Assembly: GCA_001001285.1 (NCBI GenBank)
Contig: LCKG01000004.1
Location: 1,957-65,956 of the forward strand
Length of the DNA: 64,000 nucleotides
From: Parcubacteria group bacterium GW2011_GWC1_45_13
GTDB taxonomy: Bacteria; Patescibacteriota; Minisyncoccia; UBA11713; 2-01-FULL-45-33
Reading direction: 5' to 3'
Each line of letters begins with the position of its first letter. The first letter of the stretch is position 1. Below, piece by piece: positions 45,404 to 54,867 of the stretch. A model generated the notes under the pieces. That model saw only the letters and a list, made by a program, of their open reading frames with translations. It ran no database searches and was not told the origin of the DNA. The position numbers and the translations under genes are program-made.

Positions 45404-47308
45404 TTATTTCTTATCCTCTCCCTCTTCTTTAAAATCGGCGTCTTTGATGTCAGGGCCCGATTTATCTCCGCCACTGCCATCTTCCGGTTTTTTATACATC
45501 GCTTCGCCGATTTTGGAGAGAGATTGGGCGAGCTCCGTTTCAGCGGAGCGGATTCCAGCGACATCGTCTCCGTCTTTAACTTTTTTAAGTGCCTCTATTT
45601 TTTGGCTAACTTCGTCTTTTATCCCCTGTTCAATTTTGCCTGCCTTGCCGTCAGGCAGGTCACCCGCATCGCGCAACGACTTTTCTGCGGTGTAAACCAA
45701 AGCGTCCGCGCGGTTTTTGGCTTCAACCAATTCTTTTTTCTTTTTATCGTCTTCGGCGTGGAGTTCCGCGTCCTTTTTCATTTTTTCAATTTCATCTTTA
45801 GAAAGCCCCGTGGAAGCTTCAATCCTGATGGATTGCTCTTTATTCGTCGCCTTGTCCTTGGCTTTTACGGATAAAATTCCGTTTGCGTCAATATCAAAGC
45901 TGACTTCCACCTGCGGCATGCCGCGAGGCGATGGAGGAATCCCATCCAAAATAAATCTGCCGAGGGTTTTGTTATCTCCCGCCATCTCGCGCTCGCCCTG
46001 CAAAACGTGAATTTCCACGGAAGTTTGGTTGTCTGCGGCGGTCGAGAAAACCTGTGAACGCGCTACTGGCACCGTAGTATTTTTTTCAATAATTTTGGTC
46101 ATCACTCCCCCCAAGGTCTCAATACCCAAAGAAAGCGGGGTGACGTCCAAAAGCAAAACGTCCTTCACGTCGCCCTGCAAAATTCCGCCCTGCACCGCCG
46201 CGCCTACTGCCACAACTTCGTCCGGATTTATGGAAAGATTAGCTTCTTTCCCAAAAAGTTTTTTAATGCCCGCTTGAATCGCTGGCATTCTCGTTTGGCC
46301 CCCGACCAAAACTATTTCGTCAATTTCCTGCATTTTAAAACCCGATTCATCCACCACTTTCTTAGTAATCTCAAAAGACCTATTTAAATAATCTCCTACC
46401 AGCTCTTCCAGTTTGGCACGGGTGAATTTCATCAAAAGATGCCGCGGGCCGGAGGCGTCGGATGTGATGAAAGGAATATTTATTTCCGTCTCAACCGTGG
46501 TGGAAAGCTCGTGCTTGGCTTTCTCCGCAGCTTCTTTCAGGCGCTGAAGAGCCAAAACATCCTTGGTGACATCAATGCCCGATTCTTTTTTAAATTCCAC
46601 AGCGATATATTGGATAATTTTTTGATCAAAATCGTCCCCTCCCAAATGCGTGTCGCCTCCCGTGGCACGGACTTCAATGGTATCATCCCCAATTTCCAAA
46701 ACGGAAAGGTCGAATGTGCCTCCACCGTAATCGTAAACCACTATTTTTTCATTTTTCTTTTTATTTAATCCGTAGGCTAAAGCCGCGGCTGTGGGTTCGT
46801 TTAAAATCCGGCGAACTTGCAAACCAGCAATCTCGCCGGCCGCTTTGGTTGCTTGTCTTTGGGCATCGTCAAAATAAGCAGGCACGGTAATGATGGCTTC
46901 TTCAATTTTTTCTCCCAGCTTGGCTTCGGCGTCGGTTCTTAATTTCGCTAAAATCATCGCCGAAATTTCTTCCGGCCGGTACCATTTTTCATTTATTTTT
47001 ACGTCCACTCCGCCGTTGGCCGATTCTTTGATTTCATAAGGCAACAAGGTTTTATCGCGTTTAACTTCCGTATCGCCGAATTTCCTGCCAATCAATCGTT
47101 TTACCGAAAAAATGGTGTTTTTGGGGTTGGTCACTGCCTGTCTTTTTGCCAAAAGGCCGACCAGGCGCTCGCCTGTTTTTGAAAACGCGACCATTGAGGG
47201 CGTGGTGCGCGCGCCCTCCGCGTTTTCCAATATTTTCGGGACTCCCCCTTCCACGACCGCCATCGCGGAGTTGGTCGTTCCCAAGTCTATTCCTAAAATT
47301 TTTGCCAT
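45404..47308 (-). CDS. dnaK: Chaperone DnaK
   Basis: [21 protein letters not shown] and NPDEVVA motifs. Confidence 0.99.
   Translation of the reverse strand: MAKILGIDLGTTNSAMAVVEGGVPKILENAEGARTTPSMVAFSKTGERLVGLLAKRQAVTNPKNTIFSVKRLIGRKFGDTEVKRDKTLLPYEIKESANGGVDVKINEKWYRPEEISAMILAKLRTDAEAKLGEKIEEAIITVPAYFDDAQRQATKAAGEIAGLQVRRILNEPTAAALAYGLNKKKNEKIVVYDYGGGTFDLSVLEIGDDTIEVRATGGDTHLGGDDFDQKIIQYIAVEFKKESGIDVTKDVLALQRLKEAAEKAKHELSTTVETEINIPFITSDASGPRHLLMKFTRAKLEELVGDYLNRSFEITKKVVDESGFKMQEIDEIVLVGGQTRMPAIQAGIKKLFGKEANLSINPDEVVAVGAAVQGGILQGDVKDVLLLDVTPLSLGIETLGGVMTKIIEKNTTVPVARSQVFSTAADNQTSVEIHVLQGEREMAGDNKTLGRFILDGIPPSPRGMPQVEVSFDIDANGILSVKAKDKATNKEQSIRIEASTGLSKDEIEKMKKDAELHAEDDKKKKELVEAKNRADALVYTAEKSLRDAGDLPDGKAGKIEQGIKDEVSQKIEALKKVKDGDDVAGIRSAETELAQSLSKIGEAMYKKPEDGSGGDKSGPDIKDADFKEEGEDKK
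45639..45659. repeat. Family B 21-nt palindrome inside dnaK
   Basis: CCTGCCTTGCCGTCAGGCAGG; removal restores GGT GAC AAA ATT (GDKI). Confidence 0.93.
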
Positions 47309-47331
47309 AATATTTTATTATATTTTAACTT

Positions 47332-47841
47332 TTAATTTTGAGATTTATAAACCCCGACTTTTACTTTGGAGGGTCGCAAGACCCGATCATAAATCATATA
47401 TCCTTTCTGTAATTCTTCCACCACCGCATTATCTTCTGTTTCGTCTAAAACTTCTTTTTTCTCCAGCGCTTCATGCTCCAACGGATTAAATTGTTTCCCC
47501 AGCGCCTCAATCGGCAGAACTCCTTCTTTTTTTAATATATCAACTAATTGATTATGGATGGGATCCTCCCCGTCTTTGCCAAAGCTTCGGCGAGCAAGCA
47601 ACGAATCAGCCACCGCCAGCATTTCTCTTAAAACTTTCTCTGCGGCAAATTTGGCAAATTCAGCCCTGGCTTTTTCTTCATCCTTCCTCGCGTTTATAAA
47701 ATCTGCTTTCGCTCTCTGCCAGCCAGCCAGATAATTGTCCCGCTCGTTTTTCACCGCCTTCAGCTCTTCTTTTAGTTTCGTCAGCTTGTCTTTGGCCGTT
47801 TCCTCATCTCCCTCATTAATAATTTCCACGTCATCATCCAT
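47332..47841 (-). CDS. grpE: Nucleotide exchange factor GrpE
   Basis: RAKADFIN, FNP..HEA and LQKGY...RVLRP.KV; start placed at MDDDV. Confidence 0.95.
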   Translation of the reverse strand: MDDDVEIINEGDEETAKDKLTKLKEELKAVKNERDNYLAGWQRAKADFINARKDEEKARAEFAKFAAEKVLREMLAVADSLLARRSFGKDGEDPIHNQLVDILKKEGVLPIEALGKQFNPLEHEALEKKEVLDETEDNAVVEELQKGYMIYDRVLRPSKVKVGVYKSQN

Positions 47842-47842
47842 A

Positions 47843-48598
47843 TTATTTCCTTCTTTTATTTTTCCCCGACGCACTAATAATATTTTTTAATAACGAAGTC
47901 GGGGTCCCGACTTTACGTCGGGAAACATCCCCCTTTGCATATTTTAAAACCGACCCAGCTTTTTCATAATTCATCCTGCGGGGGCCCAAAGATATCATGG
48001 CAAACCTCCCCCAATTTTCATCTTCAAAAAGCATTCCGGCCATTCCGAATTCACCAATCGTGAATTCTGGCTCCTCCGATTTTTTGTTCTGTCCGCCGAA
48101 GATTTCCGACACGACTTTTTCCAAATGCTCGGTCAAATTAACAAAATCAACCGCGCGGTTTTGTTCCATAAATTCAGGCTCTTTCAAAACTTCCGACAAG
48201 CCGTGCTTAAAAAATCTGTTTTCGTCTTCCAAAAAAATCGCCGAAAAAAGCCCGAGGTGTCCGGAGATGGCGCTATTTAATTCCTCAAATATTTCGCCAG
48301 GCTGCACAAAAATTTTATCCATTGAGCGCCGGATATAGGCCTCTGGCTCCTTAAGACGCATTAGATTTTGAATAAAATAACGATAACCTTTATCCGTAGG
48401 GGTCCGGCCGGCGGAGGTGTGGGGCTGTTCCAAAAAACCGCCGTTATCCAGCTCCAGCATGGTATTTCTGATAGTTGCCGGGCTCACGCCCAAGCTCACT
48501 TTTTTATTGACACGCTCGGAAGACACGGGGCTGGCCGTCCGGACATAATCCCGCACGATAAAATCCAAAATATTTTCTTTTCTGCTGTCTAAACGCAT
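47843..48598 (-). CDS. hrcA: Heat-inducible repressor HrcA (short)
   Basis: SPATIRN, QPHTSAGR.PT..GYR and GP.RMNY motifs. Confidence 0.94.
   Translation of the reverse strand: MRLDSRKENILDFIVRDYVRTASPVSSERVNKKVSLGVSPATIRNTMLELDNGGFLEQPHTSAGRTPTDKGYRYFIQNLMRLKEPEAYIRRSMDKIFVQPGEIFEELNSAISGHLGLFSAIFLEDENRFFKHGLSEVLKEPEFMEQNRAVDFVNLTEHLEKVVSEIFGGQNKKSEEPEFTIGEFGMAGMLFEDENWGRFAMISLGPRRMNYEKAGSVLKYAKGDVSRRKVGTPTSLLKNIISASGKNKRRK
47896..47923. repeat. Family C (CCCGAC/GTCGGG) overlapping palindromes in hrcA tail
   Basis: AAGTCGGGGTCCCGACTTTACGTCGGGA; related copy at 59590-59609. Confidence 0.7.
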
Positions 48599-48617
48599 AA
48601 TAAAAAATTATAGCAAA

Positions 48618-48644
48618 TTAGCACTCTCTATACAAGAGTGCTAA
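48618..48644. promoter_or_regulatory. CIRCE element
   Basis: Perfect TTAGCACTC-N9-GAGTGCTAA, 20 nt upstream of hrcA. Confidence 0.97.
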
Positions 48645-48671
48645 CGCAAAATCAGGCCGTTGGTTTCTCCG

Positions 48672-48691
48672 CCTGCCTGCCGGTAGGCAGG
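48672..48691. repeat. Family B palindrome, intergenic 20-nt copy
   Basis: CCTGCCTGCCGGTAGGCAGG. Confidence 0.9.
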
Positions 48692-48760
48692 CTTGACTTT
48701 TTTAATTTTTCTGCATAAGCTGAAATCAGAGGAGCTTTAAGCTCCAAAAAGGAGGGCCAT

Positions 48761-48997
48761 ATGCATATATGCATAGAAGAGCTTAACACAAAAGAAGTTG
48801 CTGTCGTCATAGGGGAGAAGCCAAGTTGCTTTTCCCTTAGAGGATTATGGAAACGGTTACTATTTTTGAGGAAAGCTCGAGAAACAGTGGATAAAGAAAA
48901 ACTCGCATGGATGATTGACAGTGCCATTGAAAATCTCCGGCGAGCCAAGCGGAACCTAGAGGATCGAAAAGCAGGAATGAAATTAATCTATACCTAG
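48761..48997 (+). CDS. Hypothetical small protein
   Basis: AAGGAGG SD upstream; co-oriented with the next ORF. Confidence 0.6.
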   Translation: MHICIEELNTKEVAVVIGEKPSCFSLRGLWKRLLFLRKARETVDKEKLAWMIDSAIENLRRAKRNLEDRKAGMKLIYT

Positions 48998-49004
48998 AAG
49001 GAGG

Positions 49005-49334
49005 ATGAATATGAAAGTAATGGTGTACCCGAAAGGAGAGATTGCAATCAAACTGGATGGTGATTTTACCATGCAGGAGATGGTTGCAATCAAGAAGCGG
49101 ATTAGAGAAGACAACGGCTTCCGATTGTTTCTTGTGCACACAACTGAAGAGCAACAATTTGTTGTGCCCATTGACACAATCAGGGAGCTCGGGGTAGATA
49201 TCGGCACTTTCCTGCGACGGGTTGTCGCAACTGTTCTCGATATTGGGGATGAAACCAAGGAATCAATAAGAAACATTAGCCAAATCCCTGACATCGTGCA
49301 TCAGGCAGTCGCGATAGTATTTCGTTCCGCTTGA
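49005..49334 (+). CDS. Hypothetical protein
   Basis: AGGAGG SD; followed by a hairpin and T run at ~49358-49388. Confidence 0.65.
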   Translation: MNMKVMVYPKGEIAIKLDGDFTMQEMVAIKKRIREDNGFRLFLVHTTEEQQFVVPIDTIRELGVDIGTFLRRVVATVLDIGDETKESIRNISQIPDIVHQAVAIVFRSA

Positions 49335-49448
49335 CCTAAGAGCGAATTCTTGTTTTAAGGGCTGGTAATCCTACCACCCTTTTTTATTTTGCAATCATTG
49401 ACAAGCCACTCTTTATCTGCTTATAATAGAAGCGGAAGGGAGGGCTCT

Positions 49449-49655
49449 ATGGCTAAAAAAGCACAAATAGAACCCGCTCAAAATTGCGAAGAAACTCTGA
49501 ATATTGAAGGCGTTATTTTCGTTTGTGATAGCAAAGACAAGAGACATATTAATCCACACTGCTCGCAACGTAGGGTTAAATCGCCAGAGGGGTATGATTC
49601 CGTCTACATCATAACCTGGCGACGGGTTCCGGACTTCATATCTTCGCAAAATTGA
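49449..49655 (+). CDS. Hypothetical small Cys/His protein
   Basis: GGAGG SD, MAKKAQ start and a terminator after the stop. Confidence 0.6.
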   Translation: MAKKAQIEPAQNCEETLNIEGVIFVCDSKDKRHINPHCSQRRVKSPEGYDSVYIITWRRVPDFISSQN

Positions 49656-49658
49656 GCA

Positions 49659-49692
49659 GGCCCCGCCATCCGCGACGGGGCTTTTTATTTTT
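49659..49692 (+). terminator. Intrinsic terminator
   Basis: GCCCCG...CGGGGC then a T-rich tail. Confidence 0.7.
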
Positions 49693-49700
49693 ATTTACCC

Positions 49701-50117
49701 TTACCTCTTCGCCCACTGGGGGGCTTTGCGGGCTTTTTTGAGGCCGAATTTGCGGCGTTCTTTCATCCGCGGGTCGCGTTTTAGGAAGCCCGCGGATTTT
49801 AAGAGTTTGCGGTGATTTTGGTCAACCAGAAGCAAAGCGCGCGAGACGCCGTGTCTTAGAGCTTCTGCTTGAGAATGAATTCCTCCGCCTGATATCTTTG
49901 CCACAACTTTGTATTCTTTCTCCGCGCGCGCTATTTTGAAGCCGTCTTCGGCGATTCTTTTAAGCTCCGCAGTTGGAAAATAAACTGCGTATGGCTTTTG
50001 ATTTACAGAAATATTCGGCGAAGAATTTTTCTCACTAAAAAGGCGCACGCGGGCAACCGAAGTTTTTCGGCGCCCTACCGCTTCAAAATATTTATTATCT
50101 TTATTTATCTTCGCCAT
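49701..50117 (-). CDS. rpsI: 30S ribosomal protein S9
   Basis: GRRKTSVARV and RDPRMKERRK..KARKAPQW.KR. Confidence 0.98.
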   Translation of the reverse strand: MAKINKDNKYFEAVGRRKTSVARVRLFSEKNSSPNISVNQKPYAVYFPTAELKRIAEDGFKIARAEKEYKVVAKISGGGIHSQAEALRHGVSRALLLVDQNHRKLLKSAGFLKRDPRMKERRKFGLKKARKAPQWAKR

Positions 50118-50478
50118 GGTAGATTATTAAATTCTTAATCATAATTTTTCTCAAGCGATTATGCGGAAGCATGCCCAAAACAGCGTGCCGGAAAACCAGG
50201 CGCTTGTCCTTTTTGGCCACCTCCCAAGCACTGGAAACTTTCCTGCCGCCCGGGTATCCCGAGTAGCGCGCGTGTTCTGTCTCTTTTAATTTTTTTTCTG
50301 AAATATCAACCAAATCCACATTTTTTACTATTATTTTCGGCAAAACCGTCCGGTTTGGCAAAAAATCCGCTTCGGTTTTTCCGCGGAGCGCTTTGGCAAC
50401 CTCCGACGCAATTCTTCCCAGCCGTTTATTTTTAGCGTTTATGATTATCTCTTTTTTCATAATTTTATATAAATTCAA
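50101..50478 (-). CDS. rplM: 50S ribosomal protein L13
   Basis: LGRIAS..A..LRGK, SGYPGG and GMLP; the start may be at 50460. Confidence 0.95.
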   Translation of the reverse strand: MNLYKIMKKEIIINAKNKRLGRIASEVAKALRGKTEADFLPNRTVLPKIIVKNVDLVDISEKKLKETEHARYSGYPGGRKVSSAWEVAKKDKRLVFRHAVLGMLPHNRLRKIMIKNLIIYHGEDK

Positions 50479-50809
50479 TAAAGGCCATTTTAGCGGCGTC
50501 CCCTTTTCTGGGAGGAAGTTTAATAATTCTGGTGTACCCGCCGTTTCTTTCTTTGTATTTCGGCGCGATATCTTTAACTAGTTTCTGGGCGGCAGCTTTC
50601 GGCAAATTTTTTCTCAACTCGCGGTATTCGGCAGAATGCGCTTGGTGCCTTTTGGCGCGCGTTACCAGCCTCTCGGCGACACTTCTTAATTCTTTGGCGC
50701 GCGCTATGGTTGTTTTTATTTTCCCTTTCATTATCAAAGCAACCGCCAGGCTTTTTAAAAACGCCCGCCTTTGGTTCCGCTCCCTATTGAATTTCCGTTT
50801 CTTTTTCAT
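50465..50809 (-). CDS. rplQ: 50S ribosomal protein L17
   Basis: IKTT.ARAKE, R.GGYTRI.K and R.GDAA motifs. Confidence 0.97.
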   Translation of the reverse strand: MKKKRKFNRERNQRRAFLKSLAVALIMKGKIKTTIARAKELRSVAERLVTRAKRHQAHSAEYRELRKNLPKAAAQKLVKDIAPKYKERNGGYTRIIKLPPRKGDAAKMAFIEFI

Positions 50810-51733
50810 TTATTCGCGTAATGATAATCCCAACTTAGCCAGAGCTTTTTTGATTTCGGATACAGCTTTATTTCCTACGCCGTCAAAATCTTTCAATTCC
50901 GCCTCCGATTTTTCCGCGAGCTCCCGCGGAGACCCGAGACCGGAGGCTATGAGCGCGTTTTTTGTTCTGGCGGATAATTTCATTTCAGAAAAAGAATCTT
51001 CGCCGGCTTTTTCTTTAACCGACGTTTCTGCCTGACCGTTTTCATTTTCAAAAATATCCATCTCAGTAAGCTGCTTCCTCATGATGGCTATGGCTTCTTT
51101 TAAGGCATCCCTCGCGGAGATGGTGCCGTCCGTTTCAATAAAAAGTCGCAAACGGTTGTAATCAGTCCTGTCGCCTACTCGCATGTTTTCAACTTCATAT
51201 GTCACGCGCCTGATGGGGGTAAAAATGGCGTCTAAAACAATCACGCCCACAGCCACTTTATCTTTTACCAATTCTTCGGAAGGCACGAAACCGACTCCCC
51301 TTTCCACGGTAAATTCGGCGGAAAATTGTGCGTTTTTTGCGGTGAGCGTGGCAATATGTAAATCCTTGTTCATCACCTCAAGCTGGGTAGGGCATTTTAT
51401 GTCTTTGCCTCTTATCTCTCTAGCCCCTTTAATTTCCACAGTCGCGGTTTCCGGTTCATTGCCGTGAAGCTTGAAACGAAGCTGTTTGATATTCAGCAAA
51501 ATCATAACCATGTCCTCCAAAACTCCTGGCAGAGTCGCGAATTCGTGGTTAGCTCCTTCAATCTTTATTTTAGTAACAGCTGCGCCCGGCAAAGAAGAAA
51601 GCATGATGCGGCGGAGAGCATTGCCTAAAGTGTGCCCGTAACCCGGATAGAGACCGTCTATTTCGTACGTCCCTTTAGTGTCTTCTTCGGAAACAATTCT
51701 GGTGTGCGCCGATAAAACAATATTGTGGTCCAT
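50810..51733 (-). CDS. rpoA: RNA polymerase alpha subunit
   Basis: GYGHTLGNALRR..LSS and DAIFTPI motifs. Confidence 0.98.
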   Translation of the reverse strand: MDHNIVLSAHTRIVSEEDTKGTYEIDGLYPGYGHTLGNALRRIMLSSLPGAAVTKIKIEGANHEFATLPGVLEDMVMILLNIKQLRFKLHGNEPETATVEIKGAREIRGKDIKCPTQLEVMNKDLHIATLTAKNAQFSAEFTVERGVGFVPSEELVKDKVAVGVIVLDAIFTPIRRVTYEVENMRVGDRTDYNRLRLFIETDGTISARDALKEAIAIMRKQLTEMDIFENENGQAETSVKEKAGEDSFSEMKLSARTKNALIASGLGSPRELAEKSEAELKDFDGVGNKAVSEIKKALAKLGLSLRE

Positions 51734-51766
51734 AAAAAATTATTTAAATATTATTAATAATAATGA

Positions 51767-52375
51767 TTAACGCGAATAATATTCGACGATTGAACTTAAA
51801 TTGTAAGATCTTATTAAATCATCTGCGGGAGGGTAAGCAATTACTTTGCCGGTGTAATTTGTTTTATCCAATTCCAGCCATCCCGGCGGAGCATACTTTT
51901 TGAGAGCCATAGCCAAATTCATAAAAACGCCCTTTTGCAAGCTTCCCAGCCGAATATTCACAGCGTCTCCTACTTTCAATTGATAAGAAGGAATATTCAC
52001 GCGCTTGCCATTTACCATAATATGCCCGTGGTTTACCATCTGTCTGGCGCCAGCTCTAGTCGGCGCGAGCCCCAAACGGTAAATAACGTTGTCCAAACGC
52101 ATTTCCAAATTTCTGATAATCGCTTCCCCTGACGGAGTAGCGCGCTGGGCCACGGCTTTGTCAATATAATTTCTAAACTGCGTCTCACGAAGGCCGTAAA
52201 GAAATTTCACTTTCTGCTTCTCCTTAAGCTGCTGGCCAAATTCCGAAAGGCCTCTTCGAAAACTTTTGCCATGCACTCCGGGCGGATAAGGTTTTCTTTT
52301 TAAGGCGCACTTTTCGCGTCCGCACACTGACATTCCCAAGCGCCGGCACATTTTACAAGTAATCGTGGTTCTCAT
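51767..52375 (-). CDS. rpsD: 30S ribosomal protein S4
   Basis: CKMCRR, QLKEKQK, LE.RLDN and VEYYSR motifs. Confidence 0.98.
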   Translation of the reverse strand: MRTTITCKMCRRLGMSVCGREKCALKRKPYPPGVHGKSFRRGLSEFGQQLKEKQKVKFLYGLRETQFRNYIDKAVAQRATPSGEAIIRNLEMRLDNVIYRLGLAPTRAGARQMVNHGHIMVNGKRVNIPSYQLKVGDAVNIRLGSLQKGVFMNLAMALKKYAPPGWLELDKTNYTGKVIAYPPADDLIRSYNLSSIVEYYSR

Positions 52376-52386
52376 TGTTTTTATTT

Positions 52387-52821
52387 TTAAACTCTCCTCG
52401 GCTTTGGCGCCCGCGGGCCGTTATGCGGTATGGGGGTAATATCGCGGATAGCGTAAATTTCAAAGCCCTGGGCGGCGAAAGAGCGCAAAGCCGCGTCACG
52501 GCCCGAACCCACGCCTTTTACCAATATTCCTAGATTTCTAATGCCGGCCGCTTTGGATTTTTCTCCCAAAAACTCGGCGACTTTTGTGGAAGCGTAAGGC
52601 GTCCCCTTTTTGGCGCCAGAAAATCCCAAAGCTCCGGAGCTGGAAGATAAAATTATATCGCCTTTCGGGTCAGTTATGGAAATAATCGTATTATTGTAGG
52701 TTGAAAGAATGTGAACCACGCCATCGGAGAATTTCTTTTTCAATTGCGTGGATTTAATCGCTGAAGCTCTACCATCATCGGTAGTCAAATCAATTTTTTG
52801 AATGATTCTTTTTTTGCCCAT
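52387..52821 (-). CDS. rpsK: 30S ribosomal protein S11
   Basis: STYNNTI and D.TPIPHNG.R..K.RRV motifs. Confidence 0.98.
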   Translation of the reverse strand: MGKKRIIQKIDLTTDDGRASAIKSTQLKKKFSDGVVHILSTYNNTIISITDPKGDIILSSSSGALGFSGAKKGTPYASTKVAEFLGEKSKAAGIRNLGILVKGVGSGRDAALRSFAAQGFEIYAIRDITPIPHNGPRAPKPRRV

Positions 52822-52822
52822 T

Positions 52823-53209
52823 TTATTTCTTTTCCATTTTACGCTTACCGGACATCATGGTTTTTCTGATATTACCTCGGCGCGTTCTGGAATTGGTTTT
52901 GGTCCTTTGGCCTCGCGACGGCAAGCCCCGCATGTGGCGTGTCCCACGGTAGGATTTGATGTCTTTTAATCTTTTAATATTCAAAATGAGCTCGCGTCTC
53001 AATTCTCCCTCAACTTTATAACTTTTTTCAATAATGTCGCGGAGTTTCCCGACTTCTTGCGGAGTCAAGTCTTTGGCCCGCTTACTTTTGTCAACTTTGG
53101 CAGAGGTTAAAATTTTCCCGGCCAAAGGATGCCCAATACCATAAATGTAGGTCAAGGATATTGGAATTTTTTTGCTGTCCGGAATATTTACTCCCGCGAT
53201 TCTTACCAT
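52823..53209 (-). CDS. rpsM: 30S ribosomal protein S13
   Basis: [13 protein letters not shown] and [12 protein letters not shown] motifs. Confidence 0.98.
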   Translation of the reverse strand: MVRIAGVNIPDSKKIPISLTYIYGIGHPLAGKILTSAKVDKSKRAKDLTPQEVGKLRDIIEKSYKVEGELRRELILNIKRLKDIKSYRGTRHMRGLPSRGQRTKTNSRTRRGNIRKTMMSGKRKMEKK

Positions 53210-53218
53210 AAAATAAAT

Positions 53219-53332
53219 TTAACCTTGCCTTTGCTTATGCTTCGGATTTTTGCAAGTAATAAAGATGCGGCCACCCCGACGGATGACTTTACAATTAGCG
53301 CATCTTGGTTTTACGGAAGCTCTTACTCTCAC
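53219..53332 (-). CDS. rpmJ: 50S ribosomal protein L36
   Basis: Manual translation [37 protein letters not shown] from a GTG start. Confidence 0.96.
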   Translation of the reverse strand: MRVRASVKPRCANCKVIRRGGRIFITCKNPKHKQRQG

Positions 53333-53451
53333 CCCGTTAGAAATAGGACGCAGACGCAAAAAGCGCGTCGCGTACTGGATTATTGCCTATAAATTTTGAC
53401 CTTTTGTTATATATCATGCTTTTATTTTTGCGTCCGCGATTTCTAACGGGG
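53332..53451. mobile_element. MITE-like 120-bp element with 13-bp terminal inverted repeats
   Basis: CCCCGTTAGAAAT ... ATTTCTAACGGGG, with further internal pairing GGACGCA/TGCGTCC. Confidence 0.65.
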
Positions 53452-53458
53452 CGCGTAC

Positions 53459-53680
53459 TTATAATCTTTTAATAATTCGCCCGCGGGAGTCATCGTACCG
53501 GCTGAATTCAACCAGCACTTTGTCGCCTACCAGCACTTTTATATAATTGACACGCATCTTGCCGGAAAGATAGCCCGAAACCTCGCGGCCATCCGTGAGC
53601 AAAATACGGAAAGTTGCCGAAGGCAACGCCTCGATTACCTGCCCTTCTTTGACCTCTGTGTCTTTTGACGAAGCTGGCAT
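53459..53680 (-). CDS. infA: Translation initiation factor IF-1
   Basis: EALP...F and SGKMR..YI....GD.V.VE...YD..RGRI motifs. Confidence 0.97.
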   Translation of the reverse strand: MPASSKDTEVKEGQVIEALPSATFRILLTDGREVSGYLSGKMRVNYIKVLVGDKVLVEFSRYDDSRGRIIKRL

Positions 53681-53756
53681 TAAAAATCACCCTTTAGGCG
53701 CCCGCCTGCCGGCGGACAAGAATGTTCTCCCATACTAGCTCTCCTTTAAAACAATG

Positions 53757-54011
53757 TCAATATGTGTTGCTAGTACGGCGTTTGATTTCAAAAACATATA
53801 TAAGCAATCTCTTTTCATGTATTTCGTAAAAAATTCGATAATTACCAACACGTCTCCGCCAAGCATCTCGACCCTCCATTTTTTCGATATCCCCAGCATA
53901 AGGATTGTAGATTAGCTCTTGAAGCGCGGCACGAACCCGTTCCACATCGTGCCGAGGCATTCGCTTAAGAAATTTTTTCGCATAACTATCAACTATTACG
54001 ATCCAGTTCAT
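53757..54011 (-). CDS. RelE/ParE-family toxin
   Basis: NPY..DI.K, WRRRVGNYRIFY and RR.SNTY. Confidence 0.9.
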   Translation of the reverse strand: MNWIVIVDSYAKKFLKRMPRHDVERVRAALQELIYNPYAGDIEKMEGRDAWRRRVGNYRIFYEIHEKRLLIYVFEIKRRTSNTY

Positions 54012-54219
54012 TATCCAATTGATTCAGAGTAACGTAATTTCCATTAGCAAAATTTTTTCTGCCGCGCGCTAATGCTTTCAATTCTGCTTTAGTTGGCTTG
54101 AAAGTCCTTGCTGATTTTATTTTTTTAAGCCATGTCAAAAACTCGCCGTAGGTATTGCGCGGTACAGCTATTAAATCTTTATTTTGCGCCAGTTCTTTTG
54201 GAATAGTAATTGTTGCCAT
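53989..54219 (-). CDS. Putative antitoxin
   Basis: Small ORF upstream of and overlapping the toxin gene. Confidence 0.75.
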   Translation of the reverse strand: MATITIPKELAQNKDLIAVPRNTYGEFLTWLKKIKSARTFKPTKAELKALARGRKNFANGNYVTLNQLDNELDRNS

Positions 54220-54263
54220 ATATCCAAAATAGCATGATGCCTAAAAAGCTGTCAATATAAAAA

Positions 54264-54288
54264 AATTGACTATCCTGGATAGTCAATT
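54264..54288 (-). terminator. Intrinsic terminator
   Basis: AATTGACTATCC-A-GGATAGTCAATT followed by a T run on the minus strand. Confidence 0.75.
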
Positions 54289-54296
54289 AAACTTGT

Positions 54297-54628
54297 TCGG
54301 ACTATATAATCATAAGAAAAAATGGTGGGCTACTAAAGTTTAAACTTGTTCGCCCATTATTTAATTTATGTTCAACGTATAGTCTCTGAGGATTCTTCAA
54401 AATTTTACCAATGATCGTATTCTGGACAGCGTACATAACCACCCTTTGGGTCCTTTAGCGGCCTTAGGGCTTTGAGTATGGAATCCCAAGATTGAAAAGT
54501 GATTTGATGTCTATTTTCAAAACTGACATTTTGTTTTTTGCTCTTTTTTATTCCAGATTGCTTCCTTTTCTTTTTCATCAATCCTCCTATCGAATTTTAA
54601 TTTTGAAGTTTCCTGCTGATTGTCCGCA
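54297..54628 (-). ncRNA. Group I intron catalytic-core fragment (Q, P6, R, P8, S)
   Basis: Minus strand GGACAATCAGCAGG, AATCCTCAGAGACTATACG and GATTATATAGTCCG in the correct order; 10-bp stem 54395-54404/54599-54608. Confidence 0.72.
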
Positions 54629-54639
54629 CCAAAACATTT

Positions 54640-54810
54640 TTACTTCGTTGGTTCTACCTCTCGAAACAGTCTTCTTTCTTGGATATGCGGATGTTGCTCT
54701 TTGACAATTTTCCACGCATCGTCTTCATCTTCCGCTGGAAAATTAATTTCTGTAGTAGTTTTCCAGCCCAAAGCCAGGCATGGATTCCATCCCTTAAGTA
54801 GAAAGTTCAT
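54640..54810 (-). CDS. Hypothetical 56-aa protein
   Basis: AGGAGGA SD, then MNFLLKGWNPCLALGW...REVEPTK; below the ORF-track cutoff. Confidence 0.55.
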   Translation of the reverse strand: MNFLLKGWNPCLALGWKTTTEINFPAEDEDDAWKIVKEQHPHIQERRLFREVEPTK

Positions 54811-54867
54811 ATATCCTCCTTGAAGTAGTTTTGGATACTAACGAGTATATCTATCGCAACCTTAGCA

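Noticed and set aside
47570-47598. Possible palindromic insert in grpE (LARRSFGKDG)
   Set aside because: Imperfect hairpin and single copy in the window, in a naturally variable loop; it cannot be supported without alignments.
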